The translations under genes were made by a program, and so were the position numbers. Shown here piece after piece: positions 31,484-48,463 of a DNA stretch of 64,000 nucleotides; the first letter of the stretch is position 1, and each line of letters begins with the position of its first letter. Source of the DNA: the human T2T-CHM13v2.0 reference genome, Homo sapiens. Below the pieces are notes generated by a model. The model ran no database searches. It saw nothing but the letters and a program-made list of their open reading frames with translations, and was not told the origin of the DNA. Location: the NCBI RefSeq assembly GCF_009914755.1, contig NC_060933.1; one strand, written 5' to 3'.

Positions 31484-31659
31484 AACATTTTAATTATGAA
31501 TATAATTGCCTTCATAGCTTACAATTTATATAGGTGTTCTTGGAAATTAATTATGCCTTGTTTTAACATTGTAATTATTATTACTCTGGATTAGTCTCTA
31601 CTGGTTTCAGCAGTAAAACATGTCACCTCTGAGAAAACGGGAAGAGATCAGATGATACT

Positions 31660-31885
31660 AGAATGAGAATTGTTTAGTAACCATACAGATTTAAAATGTA
31701 AACCCAATCTGCTATTGATTGGTTCTGTGATAGTCTGCCATATTACCTAAGCTTCATTTTCCCAGTAACAGTGAAGGCAACATAATATATATCTTACACA
31801 GTAGTAGCTAGAATTAAATGAGATAATTATAAAACTGTTTGACAAAGTACATAGGACAAAGTAAACGCCCCAGAAGTTCATTGCT
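31660..31885 (+). mobile_element. MIR
   Basis: aaacccaatctgctattgatt...taagcttcattttccc...gaattaaatgagataat. Confidence 0.6.
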
Positions 31886-32301
31886 CTCTGGCCTGATAAT
31901 GGCCCTTAGGAACTCATGTGGCAGTGTCCACCCCTTTTCTGTCTGGAAATATAGCTAGTTGGTGAATTATTTGCTCTCTTACCTTATGTATATCTGGTAG
32001 CAAGAGACGTAAATGTGACATTATCATCATTTACAACATGTGGCTGAAATTCTAGTAGTTTTACTGTATAGAGTAATATTGATTTTGAATAAAATGATTG
32101 GCAGGTATTAATGTTTTTTATATGAGCTATATTAGACTTTCTCATATTCTATAAAGTGATTATAATAATACCCACCTTAGGTAAAGATTAAATTAGAGGA
32201 GGTAAATAGAATATTCCTCATGATACTTTGAACCCTTATTATTGTTAATTTTACTATAGTTAGTCATGCATCTATATCATCTACCTGAATAGACTATAAT
32301 A

Positions 32302-32521
32302 CAGTGTTTCCCAACCTCAATGATATTGACATTTTGGACTAGATAAATTTTTGTTGGAGAAGGGGGGTGTCCTGCACTTTCTAATATGTAGTAACATCCC
32401 ATGTTATGCCCACTAGATGCCATTAGCACTTCCATTCCCAGTTGTAACAACCAAAAAAATCTCTAGACATTGCCAAATGTACCCTTGAGGATGAAATTGT
32501 CTGCCTAGATGAGAACCACTG
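32302..32521 (+). mobile_element. MER20 hAT transposon
   Basis: cagtgtttcccaacc...cccactagatgcca...ctagacattgccaaatgt...gagaaccactg. Confidence 0.9.
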
Positions 32522-33279
32522 CTGGTGAGAAACACAATACCTTGCATAGATACTTTGTGTCTATGAGGATTATAAGAAAAAAAAATTTAATTGAATTGAT
32601 TTGAATATGTGTACCAATAAGCAATTACATCTACATTAGTGATTCCATTAACACTATTTTCTTTTTTGGCACCTTTAGCAAGTTCTTGTTGATTCATAGA
32701 TCTCAGAATTGAATAATGAAGTTTTGAACATAGAAATAGACATTAAAATGATAAGCACATACAGGATGTTTAATTGACATTGAAAGCTGAAGATGTAATA
32801 TTTAAGTAGTACAACTAAAATAGAATAGAACTATTTTAGAAATGATTGTATAACATTCTATAATACAGAGTAAGCAGCTATAGGACAATTTTATGTAAGC
32901 TCTATATCTAGTATCTGATTTTGGGGTAGCCAAAAATTTTAAATATCCTTGTAAGTGGGAACACCCATTGTATAATTTGAAAAATTTTAATTTAGCCTTT
33001 ATTTAGCCTGAAAGCAAAAATAGAAGATCTCTGATAAAAGAGTGTGCAGTTTTACTGAATTGATGTAGATCCATGTCAGAAGTCACATGGGAACATTCTA
33101 AAATGAGATGGCTATTGAACATACCTCTAAATGAGACAAATGTGCAATTGATTTAAGCATGGTTTAATTGCTGCATCTAGAAAATATTTTTTATATTCTC
33201 ATATAAAGAAGTTATTTTTTTCTTTCTGATGTGCTATTTTTATCTGTATAGGGTTTAAAACACGTCCTTTAAAATTGCA

Positions 33280-33455
33280 GAGGAAGAAAAGGCTTGGAGG
33301 TGATAAAGGAATAAATAAGTTCATTCCCTTGATTATGGTGATGGTTTCATAGGCATATGCATATGTCCAAACTCATCAACTTGTATACATCAAATATGTG
33401 CAATTTACTGTATATCCACCTTATCTTAATAAAGCTGTTTAAATAATAATAAAAT
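33280..33455 (+). mobile_element. L1M 3' terminal fragment
   Basis: cttgattatggtgatggtttcatagg...aactcatcaa...aataaagctgttt. Confidence 0.8.
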
Positions 33456-33974
33456 AACATTACGAAGGGAAAAATCAACTTTGGTAACTTTTTCAAATAG
33501 ACACATTTATCTTTCTCTGGCCTGGCCAGATACATTACACATTTAGATGATCTCCTATTTGTAAATAAACATATATTTGTATGGAGTGTATGTATGTTTG
33601 TTTGTGTGTGAGTGTGTGTGTGTGTGTTCCCTTTTATGTCCAATTGGTAATTTAGCCTCTTTGGGTCAGTAATTCCATTTTATGATTTAAGAACTAAAAA
33701 TCTCATTAAAATAAAAAACTTCTCTTCTAAAAGATATAAACTTCCATATGTGGGGTAAGTGTTCTGCACCAAAAAGTAAATTAAGTTAATCTTTTTTTTT
33801 CTCTAATGTGGGAAAAGTTGACAAACATAGAAAAAGAGTTTTTTGAGGAATTAGACATATTGGGAATAGAAAGCTTGGGCAAATCAACTAATGACAGATT
33901 TTTTAACCAAATGTTTGAAGTTCTATAGAAGAAAAACAAAAGTAACAGGGTGCTCTTGAAAAGTTATTCTTGTA

Positions 33975-34532
33975 CAGTGATGTGTTGCTTAAACATGGGT
34001 TTGTCCTAAGAAATGCATTATTAGGCAATTTCCTCATGATGCAAATATCGCAGAGTGTACTTACACAAACCTAGATGGTATAGCCAATGACACACCTAGG
34101 CTATATGGGACAGCCTATTTCCCCTAAGTGTCAGACCTGTATTGTATGTTGCTGTACTGAATACTGTAGGCAATTTTAACACAATGGTAAGTATCTGTGT
34201 ATCTACATGTATCTAAATATAAAAAGGTACAGTAAAAATACACTGTTAAAGATTAAAATAATGCTCCACCTGTGCAGGGCAAGAACCATGAATGGAGCTT
34301 CAGGACTGGAAGTTGCTCAAGGTGAGTCACTGAATGAGTGGGGAGTGAATGTAAAGGCCTAGGACATTATTGTATGGTATTGTAGACATTATAAACACTA
34401 TGCGCTTAGGCTACACTAAATTTATAAAACATATTTTAACTTTAATAATAAATTAACTTTAGTTTGCTGAATGACTGCCTTCATATATGCAGTCCATCAC
34501 TGACCGAAATGCCACTATGTGGTACCTGACTA
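33975..34532 (+). mobile_element. Tigger3-family (TcMar) deletion derivative
   Basis: gagtgtacttacacaaacctagatggtatagcc...cacacctaggctatatgg; TIR-like ends flanked by TA. Confidence 0.88.
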
Positions 34533-35849
34533 TAATTCCTAATTTAGCTAAAGGAAGAAGAAAATGAAACAACATTTAATGAATGTCTAACATGAATGAA
34601 TTATGCAGTGTAAACCTTCCTGCAACCTAGTTGTTGATGAACTTTTTGATTCTTCAATTAAGGAAACCATAATTTCAATTTCAGATAATTTGAGCAAGGT
34701 CATAAACTATCCTATTTATACCATAGCATGACAGTTAAGAATCCTGTGTAAAGACCTCAATGTAGCTCTTTTGAGATGGTGCAAGATTTTCTAAAATGTA
34801 TTCATAAATTTTTATTTTAGTTGTGGATTTGTTGCTAGATAAATGTGTAGCATTTTTCATCATAATAATAATATTCAGAATTCTGAGAATTTGCCTAATT
34901 AAAAGTTGTTCAATAATGTATTAATTTATTAATTAAATAAAAATCACAAAAATACTGGTTAGGTAAGCCCTCTTTGACTCTAATTTGCTTACGAATCACT
35001 GAAGATGGTGTATTACTATTAACTGTGGGACCAAATAATAGTTGTTTTTGTAAGCAAAATGTCTGATAATTTACAGTATGTTTTCACTTATACCTGCTCA
35101 TTTACATCTTATTTACTTTGTATAACACCTGTAAGAGTAAATCAAACATACTTGTTAATGTAATGATTGATAATGTCATAATTCCAAAAAGTATTTAGAG
35201 GGACTTATAAAAATATATATGATATAAGATGGAGACCAGGATTATTTCAAGCATAAAGTCAAGGGAATAATAAAGAAACTATATACTAGTAACAGGTAAA
35301 TTTAATAATTGAAATCCATATCAGAAAGCACAAAACACCTAGTAAAAATTAGGCACACATTTTAGAAAAAAAAATTTAAAAAATAAAGTGGAGGTAAACA
35401 CAATTAATATATGATTAAGAGAATATAAGAGAAAATAGCAAACCAATTATTCAATATAAATTCATTAGTTTTGAAAACAAAAAAGAAAAAAAATATTCTC
35501 CATACCTTCTCAAATAGGAGACCAAGTAAAGCAGCAAACAACAATCTCAAAAGATACCATTCATCAGATCCAAATTGGGTTTCTTAGAGCTATTTCTCAT
35601 AATGCTCCTCAATGTAAGAAGATTCTGTATCCCTAGTGTATATTTTAGGAGGAATCAAGTGCTATAGATGGCAAAAGTCAACTTTAATGTAGTCAATATT
35701 TAAATTTGGCTATATAATATTTAAGTGGCAATATACAGAAATCAAACTTTATTTTATAACCCAATTACGAAATATTTCTATATATGCTACTCTGTCTCTG
35801 TTTAGAATGAATATATTATCAATGATAGTGCAATGGCATTTGTATTACT

Positions 35850-36680
<831 letters not shown>

Positions 36681-37699
36681 TTTTTTCATTTGCAATCATA
36701 TGCAAGATATCATCTACTGATGAAAGACCAGTTAAAAATTAAAAAAAAAATGTAGATGATACTTTGAGCTTTTGCAACTTGTACATGACTTGTACAACTT
36801 GTACATAAATGGTTATGTTTGCAAGTCTATTAAAAACTATGATCCACAAAAAATAGACTCCCAAATTGATCATACTCTTGGTAACATTGCTGTTCTCACC
36901 ACACCTCCCAAACCAACGAACAAATAAGAATACCCCAGTCATCATGTGTGGAGTGAGGGGATATGGTTAGCCAGAAACACAGATATTTGCGAATTTAAGT
37001 CAAAATAGGAATATCAGGGACAAAAATTCAAATGCATCTCCAGGTGTTAGAGTTTCATTGTTGGAAGCCAGTTTCTAATCAAGTAGAAGCCAAAGGGGCG
37101 GTAAATATGACTGGACCAGCAAGCAGCTAATGAGGGAGCTAACAGCTACCTTGGGCCAGAGTTGTAACACATTGACCTTTAAATAGTCAAAGAGAATTCA
37201 ATAATTTGAAGGACTGAAATGACCTGGGGATACTCACCATATCCCAGGGGCAAAAGCAGTCAAATTCCCTTTTCAAAATTTCCCCGAGTTAGGCCACAAA
37301 ACTGCTGCTGATTAAAATCATAAAACACACACACAAACACACGCATATACACAGCATCACCAACATGAGGAGAAGGCAACTAGCAGAAGTCAAAATAGAC
37401 TAACAGGATACTGTTTAAACCTCTAAAGATTTTCCAACATTGTTATTATCAGATACAGAAAACATAAATGTATGAAATGTTAAAATAAATAATGAAAGAA
37501 ACATAAAGATGGCGAGAATATTAACTATCAAAATATTTTAAAAACTTGAAAACATGCATTTTTATAATTACAAATATAATTGTTGAAATAAAAAGAATCC
37601 CAGTAGGTTAGTTAAAGAGAGAATTAGTGACCTGGCAGATAAAGCCAAACAATTTAACAAAAAAGAAGTAAAAACATTGACAAAAAAATTGGTACGTTA

Positions 37700-40280
37700 A
37701 AAGAAATGGAACATAAAATAAGGCTTATTAACCACTTTTTAGAATACATAAATAATTTATGGGTCAAAGAAGAAATACAGAGAAGTTTAAAACATTTTAA
37801 ACTGAATGAATATAAAAACATGTAACAAATTTTTTGAATGCAGCTAAAGCAATGCTTAGAAATTTACGATATTAAATCTTCACATCAGATAAGAAAGGTC
37901 TCAAATTATGTAAGCTTTCATCTCAAGAATCTGTAAATAAGAAGAGCAAATTAAACACAATTAAAGTAGAATAAAGAAAATAATAAAGGCAAACAGAAGT
38001 CAATGAAATTATAAGACCAAAAAACAATAAAGTGGATTAAACCAAAAGCTATTTCTCTGAAAAGAATCAATATAATTGATTAATCTCAAAATAGACTAAC
38101 AAAAAAAGAGAAAATTCAAATTACTAATACCAAGAATAAAAAAGGAGAAAATAATTTTGAATTCTATAGACTTTCAAAAGACTAAATGGAGCGTATAAGG
38201 AAAATATATGCCTAGTAATTCAAAACGTACATGAAATAAATTATTTTTTTAAAAAATACAAACTACCAAACTCACTCAAGATAAAATAGAAAACCTGAAT
38301 AGTACTATATGTGTTAAAGAAATTGCATTTAAAGTTGCTGGGTTTGAGTTTCTTGTATTTCTACATATTTTGGAATAAAGCGCTATTTACACTCTTTTCT
38401 GCATAATTTCTGAAGGATGTTTGCACAGCAAATAGCTTTGAAAGATAGAGACAGAGACTATATCTCTCTCCAGACCACTATAAGAATTTGTTTTAAAACT
38501 CAGAATTTTTCTCCTGTATTCTCAGAACTGGTTTTTTTCTAGATCTGTTTGTGTCACTCTGTGGAAACTAGGGCTCAAGAAACTGAAGTGAAAATGTTGA
38601 TAATCTAGCTACTGCTATTGCTATGAGAAATAAAGAATGCCACCCATGAGCCAACATTCTCAAGTATTCTACCAGCATCTATGAAACTGGCAGCATAATT
38701 TACTAACCTGCAAGTAGGGTAAAATTTCATGCTTTTCACAAGTCTTGTAACTCAAAATCTGGATAACTTCATTCTTGAATTTGCAAAATATTTAAGGAAT
38801 AATACTATCAATTCTACACAAAGTTGTCCTACAAATAGAAAAAGAGAGATCACTACTGATGTTATTTTCTGAGGCCAGCATTATCCTGATGTCAAAATCA
38901 GTACTAGTAAGGAAAACTACAGACAAATATTCTTCAGAAACATAGACACAAAAGTTACCAGCACAATATAAACAAATAAAATTCAGCAATATATAAAACA
39001 TCAAGACCAAGAAAAAAATCACCTTTGGAACGCAGTGCTAGTTTGACATTCAGAAATAAAACTATTCTCCATTAACAGACAGATTAAAGGAAACCAAATA
39101 TATTATCTCAATAGCTGCAAAAACATCCTTTGACAAAATTCAGTATTCATTCAGGATAAACAGTTTAGAAAACTAGAACTAGAAGTAACTTCCTCAATCT
39201 GATTAAAAAATCTATAAAAAAACCCATCAGCTAACATTATGCCCAATGGCAAAAGACTGAATGTTTTTCTTCTAAGGTAGATAATAATGTCATAATATTT
39301 ACTCACTGTACTTTGTATTTGAGAACTTATTCAGTACAATAAGTCAAGAAAAAGAAATAAAAGTCATATATGCTGAAAAGAAAGAAATATAACTGTCATT
39401 ACTTGCAGATGACTCATCATTTATGTAAGGAATCTGCAAAAAAACTACTGATCTAATTTAGCATAAAGATAAAAGTTTCACATATAAAAACTATATATAT
39501 TAACAATAAGTAATTAAAAATGTAAATAAAAATACATACCACTCATAATAACACCGTTAGTTATAAACCTAGCAAAATACATGTATGATCTATATTCTGA
39601 AAAGTTTAAAACACTAATGCAACAAAATACATACATAAATTTAAAAATATACTATGTTCATTGATTTAAAGAATCAACATTATTAATATTGTCCCCAATT
39701 TGATTTATAAACTCAATGAAATTCTATGCAAAATCCCAGCAGAATTTTGTATATGTGTACAAAAAGATACACTAACTGTAGAATTTATATGGAAAGTCAA
39801 AAGAACCGGAATAGTCAGAACAACTTTAAAAAGAAAAAATTAAAAGACACACTACCTGACTCAAGACTTGCTACAGAAGTATAATAATCAAGACAGTGTT
39901 GTATTCACAAAATATAGAGATGTGAGTAAATGGAACAGAATAGAGGAACCTGGAATCAATTCACTATTACAAAGACAATTCAAAGAAAAAAAATGATATA
40001 ATCATTCAAAAATGGTGTTGAAACAATTATAAATCCATATATAAAGAAAAAAAACTAAAATAATTACTCATGGCATATAAAATGACCACTAAATGGATGA
40101 GAAACCTACATGCAAAGCCAGAAACTATAAAACTTCTAAAAAAAATCTACGAGAAAATCTATGTGAACTTGTAATAGACAAGAATTTCTTAATAGACACC
40201 AAAACATAATACATTTTTTAAAATTAACAATTTGGAATCCATTTAAACTAACCACGCTTTGAAAAACACTGAAAGGAGAA
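37700..40280 (+). mobile_element. Old L1M ORF2 fragments
   Basis: gaatgcagctaaagcaatgcttaga, tgaggccagcattatcctgatgtcaaaatcag, tttgacaaaattca, cactacctgactcaagactt. Confidence 0.8.
38335..38748 (+). mobile_element. ERV1-class solo LTR (MER89/MER90-like) interrupting L1
   Basis: Non-L1 block ending tgcaagtagggtaaaatttca...ttcacaagtcttgta, with AATAAA at about 38630. Confidence 0.55.
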
Positions 40281-41316
40281 AAAAGCTAAGAGGACTTATG
40301 GTTTCAGCTGTGACATGTAAAGAGCTTGGAAGTTATCATTCTCATGTTTAAACAAACAAAAAAGGTTGAACAAACTGATAAACCATGACTTTTTTTAGAT
40401 TCATCAGGTAATCAAGGATAAAGTTACCCTCAAACTGCAGAGATAGGGAAATACAAACAAATACAACTGAGATTAGCTTACCAGATGCAGAAGCTGCTGA
40501 AGTCACTGATTAAAGAAGCCCTTAAATGGTAATTGATAAATTGCTTAAAGCTGAAGGTGTATCAGCATGAAAGTTGAAAACACCTGGGTAGTGGCAGTCC
40601 TAAGGGAATCCCTATACTCTTGTAGGTTTTACCTCCGTATAATTCATCAGCTTCTCAGGGTGAGGGCTGGAGAAAAATCCCCTTTTGTATCAGGCAGGGA
40701 GAGAGAAAAAGAAATCATTTTTAAAATAAGCCCAGATGAAAGTAATTGTAACAATGTTCTGCCTTCCATGGTAAATTATTATGTTACATGAATTTAACTT
40801 AGTAGGGCCTTATTTGACCTGGGGGGAAAGGCAATTAGAAAACTTCATTCCACTCTAGCCTTTATGCGTTCGTGTAAGGAGGAAAAAAAAAAAGTAAAGT
40901 CATAGCCTTAAGACTCAACCATTAAAACAAAGTGATATTTAATCATAAGGTTACAGAATGCATTCTTTCTCCAACACCTTACAGCACATAAATAGAGTCC
41001 TATTATTATTACAGTGGATTACAACTGAGAGGGCTGCAGCGCACAAACTCTATTTAAGAAGGAGTATTTGGGGAAACACAAAACGGCGTGAGAGGAAAGA
41101 AAATAAAAAAGGAAACTAGAGAAAACAGAAGCTTCTTTGACTTACAGCAACAGGAAACATTAAATATGAAAGAAAATTCCTAATCAGATTAATATAAAAC
41201 CTTTCACTAAAAGCCTGATTATCTTAGGTCTTATTACCAACTCTATCATAACAACAACAAGAAAAAAATTACAAGGCATACTAAAAGCCAAGAAAAACAT
41301 AGTCTAAGGAGACTTA

Positions 41317-41631
<315 letters not shown>

Positions 41632-42791
41632 GAAAGCATCAGACCAGACTCAGATATGATACAGATTTTTGAATTATCAGATAAGAAATTGAAAATAAGT
41701 ATGATTAATATATTAAGAACTCTAACAAAAAAAGAAAACAACATGTAAGAACAAATGAATAGTTTATCCAGAGAGATGGAAACTCTAACCAAGAATCAAG
41801 AGGAAATACTAGAGGTACATTTTAGTTACTATTGCCTGTGATTTACAGACACAAGCAAAACACTGTTATAGTAATGAAGACTAGAAAGTAGGCTGGACAA
41901 TCAGCAGGCAGGACATGGGCTTTGAAGGAATCAGTAAGCTTGAAGATTGGTCAATAGAAACTTCCAAAACTGAAATGCAAAGAGAAAATCATAATGGAAA
42001 AATTAAATATACTCTCTAAGAAGTGCAGGCCAATTCCAAATATGTAACATACACATGGAAAAAGCAGAGAAAGAAGAAACATGTATGAAATCAGAATAAT
42101 ATTTGAAGAAATAGTGACTAATGGTTTTCCAAAATTAATCACGTATACCAAATGATGGTCCAGGAAATTCAGAAAAATACCAAACAGGATAAAAGCCAGA
42201 AAAGCCTATATGTAGGCATATCATACCACAGAGATGAAAAACAAAGTCTTGAAACAAGCCAGAGGGAAAACTCACCTTACCTATTGCAAATAATAATAAT
42301 AACAACAATAATAACAATTATATTGGACTTCTCATCAGAAATCACGCAAACAAGAAGAAAATATAGAAAAATATTTAAAGTGTTGATCAGAGAATAACCA
42401 CCAACCTAGAATACTGTATTCAGTGAAATTATCCATCTTACGTTAAAGAGAGATAAAGACTCCCTCAGACAAACAAAAACTAAGGGAATCTGTTACCAGT
42501 AGACTTGCCTAGCAAAAAAAGTTAAAAGAAGTTCTTCAGAGAGAAAGAAAAGGACCTAGGTGAGGAACTCAAATGTAGATAAGGAAAGAAGAGTATCAGA
42601 GAAAGAATAAATAAAAATAAAAGGTTTATATTTCTTATCGATTGAGCTAATACATAACTGTTCAAAGTAATAATAACAATGGATTCAACTAAGCAAAATG
42701 AATGCTTTCAATAACCAAAATTAATGACAGCAATATGATAATGAACAGAATAGAGGAACTGGGAGTACCCTATTAAAAGTTACCTGTACTA

Positions 42792-42940
42792 GATGGTTCA
42801 TGCCTATAGTCTCAGCTACTCGGGAGGCTGAGGTGAGAGGATCACCTGAGCCAGAGAGTTTGAAGATGCAGTGAGCCAGAATTGCACCACTGCACTCCAG
42901 CCTAGGAAACAGAACAAGTCGCTATCTTCAAAAAATTTTT
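42792..42940 (+). mobile_element. Alu right-arm monomer (FRAM or truncated AluJ)
   Basis: TSD ttacctgtacta at 42780-42791 and 42943-42954. Confidence 0.88.
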
Positions 42941-43481
42941 AATTACCTGTACTACTTGTGAAATGGTAGTTTTTGAAAATGAACTTAGATCAGTTGTAAG
43001 TATATATTACAAACTGTAGTGCAACCACTAACATTTTTTAAAAACAAATGTAGTTGATATGAAAATATAGGGGAGAAAAAGAAATCAGATAAAATTCTCC
43101 ATAAAAACCAAAGACGACAGAAAAAAAGGTGAAGATTAAAAAAAGGAAATAAAACAACAAACATAAAACAATTACAAACATGGTAGTTATTAATCCAACT
43201 ACATCAATAATCACCTTACATGTGAGTGATCTAAATACACCAACTAAAAGACAGAGGCTATCAGCGTGGACTAAAAGAAAAAACATTACACATTGCCTAC
43301 AAGAAAGCCACTTTAAATAGAAGGACACAGATACATTAAAATCAAAGGGATGGAGAAAGGTACACCATGCTAACACTTATTAAAAGGAAGATCATGTAGC
43401 TATATAAATTTCAGACAAAGCAGACTTCAAAACAAGGAAAATTACTATCAACAAAGAGGGGCATTACATGAGGATAAATTA

Positions 43482-43814
<333 letters not shown>

Positions 43815-46074
43815 TAATTCTTTAAGAAGACACAACAATGTGTAATGTGTATCACTTAACAATTGATATTAAATTACATGAGGCAAAATGAATAGAATTA
43901 TAAAAAGAAACAGATGCATCTAGCATTTTAGCTGGAAACTTCAGCACACATCTATCAGTAATTGACAGATCCAGCAGGCAGAAATTCAGTAGAGATATAG
44001 TAGATTGGAACAACACCATCAATCAACTGTATCTAATTTACATTTATATAATTTTTATACATCAGAAGAATACACATTCTTCTCTGAATTACATGGAACA
44101 TTCGCCAAAATAAACAACATTCTGAGCCAGTAAACACACTTTAACAAATTTAAAGCAATAGAATCATTCAGACTAATAGAATTAAAGTAGAAGTCCATAA
44201 GAGAAAGATGACTGAGAAATCCAAACTTTGTATATTAAACAACATGTTTTAAAATATTGCATGGGTCAAAACAAGACTCTCAAGAAAAAATTTTAAAAAT
44301 TTTGAACTAAAATCACATTAAAATAGAAATCAAAACTTTTGTAATGCAATGAAAGTTCTTACAGGGAGATTTGTGGCATTTAATGAATATGTCAGAAGAT
44401 AAGAAAAATCTAAACTCAATAACCTAAGCTTCTACCTTAGGAAACTAGAGAACAAAAGAGTAATTTGAAACCAAACCAAACAGAATGAAAGAAATAATAA
44501 AATTAGCATGTAAATAAATGAAACTGAAAACAAAATCAATTTAAAAACCAATGAAGCAAAAAGTTTGCTTCCTGAAGGGGTCAATAAAAGTTTTAAACCT
44601 CTAGCATGGCTAAAGAAAAGAAAAAGAGAGAAGATACAAATTACTGATATCAGAAACGAAAGCATGTTCATGACTACTGTTTCCATGTATATCAAAATGG
44701 TAATAATGGAATATTATGAATGATTATATGCACAGAAATTTGATAATTTAGATAAAGTAAAACAATTCCATTAGCAATCTCTAATGATCACATAACTGAA
44801 TAATAATTATGTAACTAATGAAATAATTAGTTCTAAATCCAACAAAATATACGAAAGAGCTGTATAAGGAAAAATACCATTTTCTGATTATAGATATCAA
44901 AAAATATATAAATAGACAGAGAAATGTTCCATGTTCCTGGATAGAAAGACTCACTATTGTTAAGACATCAGTTCTCCCCATCTTGATCTGTAGATTAAAA
45001 GAAATCCTGTCAAAATCCCACAAATTTTGTGGTTATCAACACACTTACTCTAAAATTTATATGGCAGGATAAAATCCCAGAACAGTGAATTAAATACTAG
45101 AAAAAGAACAAAATTAGATGACTAACAGTAGCCAACTTCAAGACTTGCTATAAAGCTCTAGTAATCAAGATAGCATAGTATTGGTTAAAAAATAGAAAAA
45201 CAGATCAGTGAAACAGGATAGACAGACAGAAGCAGACCCATAGAAATATAACCAACTGATCTTTGACAAAGGAGCAAAGTCTACTCTATGAACATAGGAC
45301 AGCCTTTTCTCACAAAATTCTGTATGTGAATATTTATATCAGCTTTATTCAAAATAAAGGTTTGCTGAACAAACACCAAACTATGAGCAACACGTTGTAG
45401 TTCATAAAAAGAGCCAGAAGGCAGTGGGGCATGATGTTGGGCATCTTCCAACTCCTATTACCCACAGCCTTAGACATTTATTTTGCTTTTCAGAACAGTT
45501 AAAGAACTGGAGGAGTAGGAATGAGCACCATTCTAAGTCAGTAATTTGGGAGAAAAGTGGTGTGGTAGATGGATAGATTACCTTACACGTAAGGTATTAA
45601 TGCTACACTAGATTCTCACCATTCACCACCTCCTTTTTCTGTTTTAGTTTTATTCAGAACACATTTCAATACCTGATATTATATTAATTATCAATCTCAC
45701 AAATAATGAACATTCAAATATAGGGTGATTGGATCCCCTCTATGAGGAGGAGAAGGCTTAAGTCTTACCCTTTCTGAAAGACAGAATATAACGAGAATCA
45801 GACTTCCTTATTTGATACTTTCTGACTTCCAGGTACAGCACACATTTTGTTTGTAATAATCTATTGTTTTAAAAAGTGAAAACACAAGAATTTATTTTTT
45901 GGTTGAAATGGCCCATTCAACAAATATCCCCAAAAGAACAAATTCAACAAATATCCCCAAAAAGAAATTTTAATGGCCACATGTTCCTAACATTTTGTAA
46001 CAACATAACTTCTACTTTCCACTTCAATTAAGTGGGCATCAAAAATGTGCAAGCTGTTAACAGATAATTTCCCA

Positions 46075-46295
46075 CAAAAAAAGGTAAAATCATAACTCTC
46101 ATACAGTGTAGTGGAGGTAAGTACATTCATACTGTTGAGCAAACATCACCATTATTTATCTCCAGAATTCTTTTCAACTTACAAAACTGAAACTTTATAT
46201 TCACTAAACAATAACTCCCCAATGCCCCTTCCTTCTAGTCACTGGCAACCATCACTTTACTTTCTGTCTCTAGGATTTAATAATTAGTCTATTCT
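46075..46295 (-). mobile_element. L1MB 3' UTR fragment
   Basis: tacattcatactgttg...ctccagaattcttttca...ggcaaccatcactttactttctgtctct. Confidence 0.75.
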
Positions 46296-46344
46296 ATATC
46301 ATTAAAATAAGCAAAGACTTTTCATTTTTAATTAGCATTTTGTT

Positions 46345-47646
46345 CAATTATTTATTTATTTTCAATTTTTAAATTTTAGATTTGGAGGTACATGTGCAGG
46401 TTTGTTACACAAGTGTACTGCGTGATGCTGATGTTTGGGAAATAATAGATTCCCTCACCCAGTTAGTGAGCAGAGCACAAAATAATTTTTCCAACCTCGC
46501 TCCCCTCACTATCTTCCCCTTCTAGTAGACCCCCTGTCTATTGTTGTCATCTTTATATTCGTGAGTACCCAGTGATTAGTTCCCACTTATAGGTGAGAAC
46601 ATTCAATATTTGGTTTTCTATTCCTGCATTAACTGCATTCCCGTTTTTCTGCAGCCTTACCAGCACCTGTTGTTTTTTAATAGCCATTCTGACTGGTGTG
46701 AGACGGTATCTCATTGTGGTTTAGGTTTTCATTTCTCTGATGATTAGTGATGTGAAACTTTTTTTATGTTTGTCAGTAACCTGTATGTCTTGTTTTGAGA
46801 AATGTATGTTCATGCCCTTTGCCCATTTATTAATGCAGTTATTTGGTTTTAGTTTGTTCAATTGTTTAAGTTCCTATAAAATCTAGATATTAGACCTTTG
46901 TAGAATGTGCAGTTTGTGAATATTTTCTCCCATTCTGTAGGTTGTGTGTTTACCCTATTGATAGTTTCTTTTGCTGTGAAGTAGCTCCTTAGTTTAAGTA
47001 AATCCCATTTGTCAGTTTTTATTTTTGTGGCAATTGCTTTTGAGAACTTAGTCATAAATTGTTTCTCCAGGCTGATATCTAGAATGGTGTTTCTTAGGTT
47101 TTCTTCTAGGATTCTTATAGTTTGAGGTCTTATACTTAAATCTTTAATCCATCTTGAGTTATTGTTTGCATATGGTAAAATGTAGGAGTCAAGTTTTATT
47201 CTTCTGCATATGGCTAGCCAGCTACCTCAGCTCCATTTATTGAGGAGGGAATCCTTTCCCCATTGCTTATTTTTATTGACTTTGTTGAAGATCAGATGGC
47301 TGTAGTTGTGTGACTTTGCTTCTGGGTTCTCTTTCTGTTTCATTGGTCTATGTGTTTGCTTTTGCACCAGTACCAAGCTGTTTTGGTTAGCATAACCTAG
47401 CGTAACCTTAATGTAAAGTTAGATATTGGGTAATGTGATGTCTCCAGTTTTGATCTTACTGCTTAGAATTGATTTGGCTATTTGGACTCTTTGGGTTCCA
47501 CATAAATTTTAGAATATTTTTTGCTAATTCTGTGAAAAATGATGATGGTAGTTTGATAAGCATAACACTGATTCTGTAGATTTCTTTAGGTAGCATGGCA
47601 ATTTTAATGATATTGATTCTTCCAATCTATGAGCATGGACTGTATT
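46345..47646 (-). mobile_element. L1PA15/16- or L1PB-like 3' segment (non-inverted part of a twin-primed L1)
   Basis: T-tail then ggtacatgtgcaggtttgttaca; ORF2 peptide [38 protein letters not shown] on the minus strand. Confidence 0.9.
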
Positions 47647-47980
47647 ACAGGGAAAGAAAGAAAGAAAAATAAAAAATCCTACCACATGAAAATAATTACA
47701 AAAATTAGAAGTGCCAGCATATCCAGCTGAAAAGGAACCAGTGCAAGAATTCTGGCACCATGAAAAATCTGAATGTTGTGATACTACCAGAGGATTACAC
47801 TAGCTCTTCAGCAATGGCCCTTAACCAAAATGAAAGCTCCAAAATGACAGATAAAAAATTCAAAGCATAGATTGCAAGGAAGCTCAATGAGATCCAAGAC
47901 AAGGTTGAAAATGAACAGAGAAACTTTTAAAGCAATCCAGAAAATGAAGGAAAAGAAAAACATATTAAAAGAAAATCAAA

Positions 47981-48288
<308 letters not shown>

Positions 48289-48331
48289 AATCAGTAAGAG
48301 CTTCTGGATTTGGATAAAAACTCATTTAATA

Positions 48332-48463
48332 AATGCTAGATGACGAGTTAGTGGGTGCAGCGCACCAGCATGGCACATGTATACATATGTAACTAACCTG
48401 CACAATGTGCACATGTACCCTAAAACTTAAAGTATAATAAAAAAAAAAAAAAGAAAAGTAAAA
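48332..48463 (+). mobile_element. Young L1PA2-like 3'-terminal stub (about 110 bp plus tail)
   Basis: aatgctagatgacgagttagtgggtgcagcgcaccagcatggcac...cttaaagtataat; GAG and A diagnostics, CpGs intact; aataaat at 48328 and 48464. Confidence 0.9.
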